DNA of 64,000 bases from Macrostomum lignano (taxonomy: Eukaryota). Shown here piece after piece: positions 1-9,061 of the stretch. The position numbers and the translations under genes are program-made. The DNA lies in assembly GCA_002269645.1 (NCBI GenBank), contig NIVC01000497.1, forward strand, positions 1 through 64,000, given 5' to 3'. The notes beneath the pieces were generated by a model. It made no database searches and had not been told where the DNA came from. It saw nothing but the letters and a program-made list of their open reading frames with translations. Positions within the stretch are counted from its first letter, which is position 1. Every line of letters begins with the position of its first letter.

Positions 1-2103
1 TTGGCGGTGCGGCCGCACAGGCGGGCGAGGACAAAGCAAACAGGGCAACAGCGGCCACCGCCGAACAGCGTGCGAACTGTACTGGCCGGAAGCGTCGATA
101 GAGCGGCACGAGAAAGTCGTGCAACGGAGTCGAATAGCCTAGAAACTGGATAGCAACAGGTTGGGAGACGCAAATGGCGAGCAGTACGGGCAGCACGAGG
201 GCCAGCAGGCTGAATAGTAGGAAACGAAATCTGGCGCCGCAGTTGGCCGCGACCGCGGGCGGCGTCGGCAGCGATGTCTTCGTGGCAGCGACGCGAGATC
301 AACTGGGGGGAGGGGAGGGGTTGACAGGCTGTGTCTCGATCGATAACACTCAGCATACATGCGCAACCTTGGGAATCACTCGGCCGTTTCTATTGGCAAC
401 ACACACACACACCACACATGAAGTCGCTATTGGCTGAGAGCAGTCACGTGACTACTATTCCGTCAATAGCGACTTACATATGTGTGTGTGTTGCAATAGA
501 AAAGGCGGGTGAATCCCTAGGTTGCGCCAAGTATGGATAACAGGATCTTGAAAGCAACAGGAAGATAATAGATCAACCTCTGATCAACTGAAGACAATGC
601 CTGTCCATGAGCATCTGAAGACAATGCCTCAGTCTATGAACATCTGAAGACACAGTCTCAGTCTATGAGCATCTTGAAGACAATGTCTCAATCTACTAGT
701 CTTGTATGAAATCTTGAGGACGATGGCTCAATCTATGAGCATCTTGAAGACAATGACTCAATCTATGAGCATCTTGAAGACAATGGCTCAATCTATGAGC
801 ATCTTGAAGACAATGACTCAATCTATGAGCATCTTGAAGACAATTCCTCAATCTATGAGCATCTTGAAGACAACGCCTTAATCTGTGAGTATCTTTGAAG
901 ACAATGCCTCAATCTATGAGCATCTTGAAGACAATGACTCATCTATGAGCATCTTGAAGACAATGGTCAATCTACGAGTATCTTGAAGACAATGTCTCAA
1001 TCTATGAGCATCTTGAAGACAATGGCTTAATCTATGAGTATCTTGAAGACAATGTCTTAATCTATGCGCATCTTGAAGACAATGCCTCAATCTATGAGGA
1101 TCGATCTTGAAAAGATGTCTCAATCTGTGAGTATCTTGAAGACAATGCCTCTATATAAGAATACTTGGAAGATGACTTAAGTTTTTTTTAACCTTGCAAT
1201 CGTGCTCAAGCGCATTCAGAGTATGCTGCAGCGTCATCTGAATAGCCTTGTCAATAGTTTTGGCGGCTTCGTCGATCTGATTGACGCAACGAGTCGGCTT
1301 GGCCCGATTGGGATTGTAGATGGTGTGAATGTCGAAGCAGGTCCGATTTAGAGACGGCCATTTGCACACCTCCTGTGGTGATCTGCATCAGCACGCGCTG
1401 TCTGTCAGTTTCGTCGCCGCTCTCGTCGGCTTTACTTAAAAAGAAGACGATTCTGTCACGATCAATCCTATCGCCAATATCTGCCAGGATCTGCATAGTG
1501 CGCTTGCACAGCGCCTGACGATGGGGTCAAAGAAGGCCGAACACTAAATCGGCTTGAACAGCCAGCCAAAGCAGCACCCGTTCACGGTCGAACGCGTACG
1601 ACATTGAGCCGTCGACTAGACGGGCGTGTCAATAAAGGTCACGAGAGCGAATCTTTAGCAATGCTGTCGCACAGCTCTGTGCTCAGATTCGACACTACGC
1701 CGTCAAATTTCCTAGCGGAGCCAGCCTGAGAAACAGGTGCAAAGTGGCGTTGCCGCTAAGCGATTCTCGGCGTTTACCCTGTGTTACTATGGTGATACTT
1801 GCGTCTCAATAGCAACGCCTTCCTTCTGGATCTGTTTCTCAATATACCAATTGATAAAGGCGCTCTTCCCAGCGGAGTGATTGCCAATCAATAAGACTGT
1901 GATTTCTTCCTCGGTGGTAACAGTTTCACATTGACTAGCTGGGCCAGCTTTGCCAGGCCATTTTCTTCGTTGGCGTACAGATGGTGGCACTCCTTTCAGA
2001 ATTCGCTCGTTAGTGGCCGTACTGCCCAGACTGTCAACTATGTCGCTGCGCCTCCTCCGCTGCGCTTGCTGGCAGCTGCGCTCGAATTGGACTTGCTGTT
2101 CGA
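1..2103 (-). CDS. EHD/dynamin-like P-loop GTPase with C-terminal hydrophobic segment; frameshifted in this sequence, 3' end runs off the window
   Basis: Stitching frames gives LLIGNHSAGKSAFINWY (G1), ETQGITIVTQGKRRESLSGNATLHL, VTFIDTPGLVDG (G3), FFDPIGQALCKR and FFLSKADE (G4). Exons about 1193-2103 and 1-302, intron 303-1192. About 8 single-base indels are needed. No clear ATG. Confidence 0.75.
560..1150. repeat. ~30-bp minisatellite (CAATCTATGAGCATCTTGAAGACAATGnCT)n in the GTPase intron
   Basis: Direct tandem copies visible. Confidence 0.95.
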
Positions 2104-2249
2104 CTGGAAACACATTAAAGAAATGTCAAGGATAGACTTCATAATAATGAAACTCGGACGACATTTTCTAAAAACTATTAAAGAATGAAAGAATTTATTT
2201 CTTTTTTATTTCTATTATATTATATTTCTACTATTTTTACTATTACTAC

Positions 2250-2520
2250 CATATGATAGACTTAGCAGACTTTGAGATATTTCTAAGAAAGCTGGCAGAC
2301 TCGGAGACATTTCTAAAAAGATGGCAGACTTGGAGATATTTCTAAGAAAGATGACAGATTTGGAGATATTTCTAAGAAAGATGACAGACTCGGAGATATT
2401 TCTAAGAAAGATGACAGATTTGGAGATATTTCTAAGAAAGATGACAGATTTGGAGATATTTCTAAGAAAGATGACAGACTCGGAGATATTTCTAAGAAAG
2501 ACTTGGAGATGCTTCCAAGA
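2250..2520. repeat. 30-bp minisatellite (TTGGAGATATTTCTAAGAAAGATGACAGAT)n
   Basis: About 8 tandem copies. Confidence 0.95.
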
Positions 2521-2788
2521 AAGTAAATTTAGCTGTTTCTATGAAGTAATATATAATCTCTTAGAAACCGCAAATAAATTAAACAAAATACATGTACACA
2601 CCTTATTTTTATAAAATTGACTCAAACAAACAACCTAAGTTATGTTTTATTTATGCACAATAAATTGTTAACAAGCACAGAAAGTCACTGGCTATCAATC
2701 AAACAGTTACAATATTACACAGATGTCAATCAGTTGAACACAGTTACTAATTAGCCTACAAATCTCATGATGAGATTCCATAGCCAGT

Positions 2789-3479
2789 TTAAAGCCAATT
2801 CCGGTCGCGAAGTAGTTCAATCTTCACGCTTTGTACATCAATCGGAGTTGACGCCGGACGCAATTCGTCAGCTGATCTTCGCTCATGGAGTGTACATATC
2901 AATAAGACGCTTGTCCTTGATTCAGAAAGAAACACGAGCAGCAATAGCAGATAGTAGCTTGGCCCGTCAACAGACAAATGAATGTACTTTAACAGCAACA
3001 GACGATCGGATAAAAGTGCATCAGCCGGAGGAACATGCCAATATGGCAAGCTGGTTCAAGAAGTCAACAATGTGCTGCTGTTTAGCAGACAGTACATCTG
3101 CTACATTGCTCAAACTCACAGGCACGCAGTCGTGCTCAGTAGGATTAGTCGACTCGAGAACAAAATCGTATTCTAATAGTAGCGTCAAGTGCTTGCTATG
3201 GTTACCGTAGTTAATATAGACCTGGTCGCCAGCTTGATAAGCTGTTTAGTGGTTAGCACTAGAGAGCGCGTCTCGGTGTTGAATGAGGTCACCGCGCGAC
3301 ACGGCTGTGCGAGTGGTTGAACAGGTCGAAGTACGGGACCAGGGCGGGCCGGTTCAGGCCGGGGCAGTGGACCACCCTGTGGGCGGCGAGAGGTTGGATC
3401 ATCTGTTGCATGAGCAAATAGACAGACAGGCAGCGGCAGATGGACAGACAGGCAGGCAGGCAGGCAGACAGACAAACAC

Positions 3480-3522
<43 letters not shown>

Positions 3523-3916
3523 GGCAGGCAGGCAGGCAGACAAACACACAGACAGACAGACAGGCAGACAGACAGACACAGACGCTAAGACAGTCAGACA
3601 GACAGCCAGCCGACAGACCGCAGACAGACAGGAACAGGCAGACAGACACAGCAGACGGAAACATAGACAGACAGACAGCGAGACGGACAGGCAGACAGCT
3701 AGCTACAGCGATCAGTCCGCACTCGGTCACAGCAATAAAAGCTTAGCCCGCAGACACAAACCTTGTATTAGTCCAATGGCAGCAAGCCAGCCACATTTGA
3801 TGTCGATTGTGCTGCAGCGCATCTGCAGGCGCAGCGGCCAGCCAATCAGAAGCCAGCGCAGCCAGCCGATCAATCAGCAAATCGGTTGCGTAACCCAGCC
3901 AATCAATTGTTGGTTG
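2789..3916 (-). CDS. SETD4-like (Rubisco-LSMT class) SET-domain methyltransferase, 3' half, frameshifted
   Basis: Exon 3762-3916 ends ...CCHWTNTR. It splices in phase 2 to an exon starting 3376: VVHCPGLNRPALVPYFDLFNHS...GDQVYINYGNH...LLLEYDFV...DGPSYYLL, matching the SETD4-type NTR / PYxDLxNHS / YG / LEYGF motifs. N-terminal exons not found. Confidence 0.7.
3420..3700. repeat. (GACA/GGCA)n microsatellite in the SETD4-like intron
   Basis: Direct observation. Confidence 0.95.
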
Positions 3917-4039
3917 CTGGAAATTACGTGTAAAAAAACACTTTAGTAGGATTCTTAGAAACTGAAAAGTAAATTCAACACATTCTAGAAACTAAAAAGT
4001 ACATTCTACAAACTGAGTCGAAAAGCATTATCTACACAC

Positions 4040-4270
4040 TATGCGACTATCAGATGAAAAGTACATTCTACATACCACAAGATAAAAGTACATTAATAGA
4101 TACCATCACTCTACACACTCATGAGATGAAAAGTACACTACAGTCTACATACTCCATGAGATTAAAAGTACACTCTCACTCTATAAGATGAAAAGTACAC
4201 TCTACACATTCTGAGATGAAAAGTACACTCTACACATTCTATGAGAGTAAAAAGTACATTCTACACATCC
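4040..4270. repeat. Degenerate ~30-bp repeat (GATGAAAAGTACACTCTACAC...)
   Basis: About 7 imperfect copies. Confidence 0.8.
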
Positions 4271-4408
4271 TATAAACTTCTTTATTCCCGCTGTTTGCTG
4301 CCTGGAGTTCAATCTGAAAGGCAAAATGATGATAAGAAATATTGAAATAATTTGAACCGATATCTAGTATAATGAGACATGTTTTCTCAAAACTGATCAA
4401 ACACGCAC

Positions 4409-4505
4409 TCAGAGAGCTGGGTTAATTTCAAATAAACCGCGAAAGCACAAAACACTTTTTTAAAGAATTTGCTACAATCCGGTCTCAAATGTTCAACTTC
4501 ATCAT
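4409..4505 (-). ncRNA. Box C/D snoRNA A1, predicted 28S Cm guide (SNORD35/snR69-type target)
   Basis: Minus strand ATGATGA...AACCCAGCTC-T-CTGA; guide complementary to 28S GAGCUGGGUU. Confidence 0.85.
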
Positions 4506-4693
4506 GTGTTTAGAACGTGAAATGCTTAATAACTAAATATATATAGATAGTTTCGTAATACTTACTTTATAACTTGGAACAGAAGACCGAAAATTTTACA
4601 AGGGAAATCTGAAATAACAAAATTTTTGACGAAAAGTTAAACATTCTAAGAAATCCAATAGGTCTTAAAATAATAATATAAAATCAAAGAGTC

Positions 4694-4795
4694 TCAGAGA
4701 GCTGGGGTTTAATTGCAATTTTTAGCTTTTGGATAAACAAATAGGCTTAATATTTGTCTAGCACTAAAGCAGTTCAAATGTTCAATTGTCATCAT
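4694..4795 (-). ncRNA. Box C/D snoRNA A2 (28S Cm guide family)
   Basis: ATGATGA...TTGAACATTTGA...CCCAGCTC-T-CTGA. Confidence 0.8.
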
Positions 4796-5442
4796 ATTGT
4801 TTTTGTGCAAAAGTAACGTTTTAAAGTGAATCGCACGACAGCCCCTGAACTATTCAATTTTCGTGCACAAACCGCAGGATGGGCCACTCAGCACATTTGC
4901 GTGCAAGCTACTTTCAGTTCAGTAGTAAGTAAGTAGTAAGTAGGAAGTTTATTGGCTCAGTCTTACCCCTCCTTAAGAGCGTAATCCTTCCAACGGCGCC
5001 TTTTCACACTAACCCCCCGCCCGCCCCAATTTTCATTGATTTCTCGGAATTCCAGCCTAAAGCTGCCATGTACATTCAGTAGACTGGCTAATGTACATTA
5101 TTGCTGAACCAATTAGCAAGCTTGTGGGCTTCTAATCTTATCGAAGTTATTTTAGCTGCCTTTATTTTTATAAAATAGCTTATGTATTCTTCTCTACTAC
5201 TGTAGTGAAAGTAGAAAGCTGTTTTGCTAAGCATTCAAGCGGCTTTTTGAATCTTCTTAATACCAAAAACATGGAGTTTTTACAGTATTAAATTACGAGC
5301 GTACTTTCCAAGTTATTAGTATGTCACTTACTTTAACTGTTGAGATCAGTTTCCATCTAAAATTGGATGTTAAAATTACTTGTTAAAAAACACAAACTTT
5401 GACGCGAAAAGATAAAAATAAAAATGAATGAGTAGACAATTT

Positions 5443-5514
5443 TCAGTCTCATTAAATCAGCTTTCGAATGATCATCAGAGATTAAATCACTCAACTATGT
5501 AAATCTTTCATCAT
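5443..5514 (-). ncRNA. Box C/D snoRNA B1, predicted 18S Am99/Am100 guide (SNORD57/snR51-type target)
   Basis: ATGATGA...AGCTGATTTAATGAG-A-CTGA; guide complementary to 18S CUCAUUAAAUCAG. Confidence 0.9.
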
Positions 5515-5708
5515 TTTCAACCATTTAATAACTCAATTTTTTTCATGATTAAAAAATCATTTTTTACTTACTGATATTATCTTTAAATTCCAATTTTCGA
5601 CTTCAGCTTCAATTAATTAGTTCTAAAAGAAATAAAGAAAAAATATCATGAGAAAATGTACGAGAAATGTAGATATTATTAAGTAATGTTATCGCAGAGT
5701 GCAAAATA

Positions 5709-5777
5709 TCAGTCTCATTAAATCAGCTTTAGTGTAAGGTCACGGTTGTGATCAAATATTTAATAAAGTATCATCAT
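5709..5777 (-). ncRNA. Box C/D snoRNA B2 (18S Am99/100 guide family)
   Basis: ATGATGA C box, invariant guide, CTGA D box. Confidence 0.9.
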
Positions 5778-5959
5778 ATTGATATTGGGTTTTGATATTT
5801 AAATAAATTATGAACTTACTTAATTGTTACAAGAGCAATCGAGAAACAAATAAGGCTCCATGTGCGATCTGAAAAATAAACAGCCCTGTGTATTTGGTAT
5901 ATCAAATTTAATTTAAGTATTTTAAATTATTTTAAAAGTTTTATAATACTGTATAATTC

Positions 5960-6044
5960 TCAGAGAGCTCGGGTTTATATCAAAGATAAAAGTACACCAT
6001 TCGCTTGTACGATGAACTTTAGTCAACTGTTCGATTTTCATCAT
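5960..6044 (-). ncRNA. Box C/D snoRNA A3 (28S Cm family, guide with a 1-nt interruption)
   Basis: ATGATGA...AAACCCGAGCTC-T-CTGA. Confidence 0.7.
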
Positions 6045-6254
6045 ATTTTTACGTTTAATGAAGTGAAAAATATATAACGAAATTAAACATGAATAAGAGC
6101 TATTGCTTACACTTTAGCCAATTTCCAATCAAATTTGAGTGTTTTCAGCAAGTCTAAAAAATAGAAATGTTTGTTTATTAAGATCAAATTATTTTGGTTA
6201 CGAAAAGTGCATGTAGCCAAATCAAAAGTACAAAAATATAAGTTCAACGAAAGT

Positions 6255-6322
6255 TCAGAGAGCTGGGGTTAATATCAAATAGTCGGATGGAATCCTGCAT
6301 TCAAATGTTCAAAGGTCATCAT
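6255..6322 (-). ncRNA. Box C/D snoRNA A4 (28S Cm family)
   Basis: ATGATGA...TTGAACATTTGA...CCCAGCTC-T-CTGA. Confidence 0.8.
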
Positions 6323-6519
6323 ATTTGGAAAAATATCGTAGTTAAAAATACAACGAAAAGTATGATCGAACTAACTACTTACAGTAGATCAAATTTATTG
6401 ACTTTCGCAGAATCTTCTCGAAATGAACACTGAGGTCTGCAATAGTAAAAAAAGGAATAGTTCAGTGGCAACGATATTAACAACTTCCAACTCCTAATCT
6501 AAGCTCGTATAAAGAATTG

Positions 6520-6583
6520 TCAGTCTCATTAAATCAGCTTTTGTGTTAATCACAAAAATATTCATGAAATATAAATTCATCCT
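6520..6583 (-). ncRNA. Box C/D snoRNA B3 (18S Am99/100 family, variant C box AGGATGA)
   Basis: Invariant guide and D box; C box has one mismatch. Confidence 0.8.
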
Positions 6584-6767
6584 AAAAATGTTTTAAAAAT
6601 AAAATGAGTACTACTATTTCACACTTGCATTCTTACCTAGTCGATGTCATGAACCATGGTAATTTTTTCTCGATTTCAATGCCTGCAAATGCAAAGGCGA
6701 GACTGTAATGCTCCAAATTTCAAATAGAACAAAATTCACATTCAAAAACCAAATATAAAATCACTAT

Positions 6768-6851
6768 TCAGAGAGCTGGGTGTTATTATCACTTAGAAAA
6801 CAATGAGCCACTAAAAGTGTCCATTGCTATCGAATGTTCGAATGTCATCAC
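6768..6851 (-). ncRNA. Box C/D snoRNA A5 (28S Cm family)
   Basis: GTGATGA...TCGAACATTCGA...ACCCAGCTC-T-CTGA. Confidence 0.8.
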
Positions 6852-7037
6852 TTTTAATACTGAACGGAGTACAGTAGCTTCCAAAAATAACACGGGGCAA
6901 GCTTACCATTGGCAATGAAATAGAAGTACTTCATCAACAAATCTAAAATTGGAACGAATTGCAGAGCTGTAGCGTAACAGCATGTGAATTTTGAATAAAT
7001 ACCTGCGAAAAAATTTTACGAACACAGAAATGCTATT

Positions 7038-7105
7038 TCAGTCTCATTAAATCAGCTTTGGATTGCAATCACATTGCGATCATTTATTGTTTAAAAATTC
7101 ATCAT
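7038..7105 (-). ncRNA. Box C/D snoRNA B4 (18S Am99/100 family)
   Basis: ATGATGA, invariant guide, CTGA. Confidence 0.9.
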
Positions 7106-7272
7106 CAGCAAATCTACGAGTACATTAAATTAAACTTTACCAGAAAAAAACGTATTAGAGTTTCAGATACGCAAAGGGAGAAATTAACCCCGTACGTATT
7201 ATGGGGAATGGAGGTTGTTGTCACTTTAAAACCAGTCACAAGCTATATGCGGATAAAGTAACGCTAGTGGGC

Positions 7273-7723
7273 TAGGGATTGCAATCCCGGGATCCCGGGA
7301 TTTGGGACCCCAAATCCCGAAACTAATTTTTGTTAATATTTTTTACAAAAAGTGCTGTAATATAAACATAATTAGGCCCACAATTAGTTTATTATACTGC
7401 GCTAATTTCCGTTAATTGCCTCACGTCGCGTGGCACCTTTTTAAACCCCGCATCATAGATTTAAATGTGAAATTAATTCCAATTTAAATTTTGATATAAT
7501 TTGCTTTTTTACTACTAATTAGTACATTTATACTACTTACTTTAATGGGTCACAAGATAATGCTGTTTATCATCTACAAATAGATCATTATCTCTATAAC
7601 AATAAAAAAGTAAGCAAAAAAGCGTTTAGCGCATATTTTGCCTTAAAATTTCAACCTAAAAGCATAAAAATCTGTATTATTCTGATCCCGGGATCATAAA
7701 AATCCGGGATTTTGCAATCCCTA
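7273..7723. mobile_element. Non-autonomous TIR element (MITE, possibly hAT-like) inside a snoRNA host intron
   Basis: TAGGGATTGCAA...TTGCAATCCCTA termini with subterminal ATCCCGGGAT palindromes and an AT-rich interior; TSD unclear. Confidence 0.7.
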
Positions 7724-8259
7724 GGGCACAAAATAACCTAAAAATGGGGTGGGGCTTGGCTTGGGGCGACCAACCAAAAAATCGATAACAACACTGACTC
7801 ACTCCGTGCCTTGGGGGCTGTTAGCTGGTGGGGCTAATGGTGGGGGCAGATAAGATAGGGAATTTGGTGGGGTAAGACGCCAGCGAGAAAATCGATAAAG
7901 CTCTCTTACCCATCCCGATTCCACACTCGCTTGCTACAGTAAAATGGGGTTAGCGGAGTGAGGTTGGGTTTAGATAGGGACGGTCGACCATAAAATCGAT
8001 AAATCTTTTACTCACTCACGACTCACAAGGCCTCAGTGGAAAACTGATGCAAAAAGTTAAATAATTAATAACACAGTTAATAGGAAATAAATTACACTTA
8101 CCCTATGACGTGCAATTTAAGCAGTAACTTGATCTTTTACACACAAACTGGTCTTAAAACTGCGACCTGTAACAAAAATAATGGCTGTGCATGAAATTTC
8201 GATTAGCTAATTTCATTAAAATAGGTGTATTAGTACTAGGTTGGGTTCTAAACATTGCT

Positions 8260-8354
8260 TCAGAGAGCTGGGTGTTAATATCAATTCGTAAAACTAATAA
8301 GCCACTTGTTAGGTGTTTATTAATAATTACGTTCTAATGTTCAAGTGTCATCAT
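8260..8354 (-). ncRNA. Box C/D snoRNA A6 (28S Cm family)
   Basis: ATGATGA...TTGAACAT...ACCCAGCTC-T-CTGA. Confidence 0.8.
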
Positions 8355-8554
8355 GTGCTTAAATATCAAACAGTAATTGCTACTGAAGAACAGTAATAAA
8401 AATGAAAAAACAAGCTTACCAGATATCAGTTCCATTACAGCCGAAATCCAATCCTGGAAAAATGAAATAAAATATAAAGCTATTGATTGTTTTAAGTAAA
8501 TGTAATTCAAGAAAATGAGTTCTGTTTGAACAAATAATTGCTACTGATAAGCAT

Positions 8555-8625
8555 TCAGTCTCATTAAATCAGCTTCAGGTTACACTCATAATATTTGAGG
8601 TCATTTATATAGAGATTGTCATCAA
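8555..8625 (-). ncRNA. Box C/D snoRNA B5 (18S Am99/100 family)
   Basis: TTGATGA C box, invariant guide, CTGA. Confidence 0.85.
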
Positions 8626-8822
8626 AGCTGTATTCATAAAATCCTTTGTTCTACTAAATTTAGTAACTAATAATGCAATTGACTTACCTATCTTCTTTAA
8701 CACATGAACCGATAATACACTGTAGAGGTCCTAAAACAAAAGGAGCAGGTTGATAGGAAGATCGATATTAAAAATAGAAGCTACAAACTATATTTATAAT
8801 AAAGTTTCCTGGCTCTAAATAT

Positions 8823-8896
8823 TCAGTCTCATTAAATCAGCTTTAGATTGCAAAAAGTCACGATTCTATTTTTGCATACAATAATTTTATCATCAT
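8823..8896 (-). ncRNA. Box C/D snoRNA B6 (18S Am99/100 family)
   Basis: ATGATGA, invariant guide, CTGA. Confidence 0.9.
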
Positions 8897-8963
8897 TAAT
8901 ATAGGCCAATAACTGTAACATTAAAAGTGGGAATATTAACAAACCTCATCTGGTATTGATAGT

Positions 8964-9061
8964 TCAGACGGTAATTCTTGTTTAATTTCAAGGTACTCAC
9001 GAGCAACTATAAACAAATATAGTCACTCTCTAGACTCAAATTAGACATTCGAGGTCATCAT
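8964..9061 (-). ncRNA. Box C/D snoRNA C1, predicted 18S Um guide (yeast U578/human U627; snR77/SNORD65-type target)
   Basis: ATGATGA...GAATTACCG-T-CTGA; 9-nt complement to 18S CGGUAAUUC; the D-5 position falls on the U of GCGGUAAUU. Confidence 0.65.

Noticed and set aside
7535-7540. Alternative donor (GTAAGT) for the B4 intron
   Set aside because: Lies inside the MITE, with no adjacent exon/acceptor pair matching the cluster pattern.
4566-8730. Micro-exons as the missing SETD4 N-terminal coding exons
   Set aside because: No GRGL or other SET motif was recovered, exon 8102-8166 is closed in all frames, and the composition is AT-rich unlike local CDS.
4409-9061. CRISPR-like reading of constant motifs separated by variable spacers
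   Set aside because: Eukaryotic context, no cas genes, two alternating motifs with irregular spacing; C/D boxes, rRNA complementarity and splice sites explain the pattern better.
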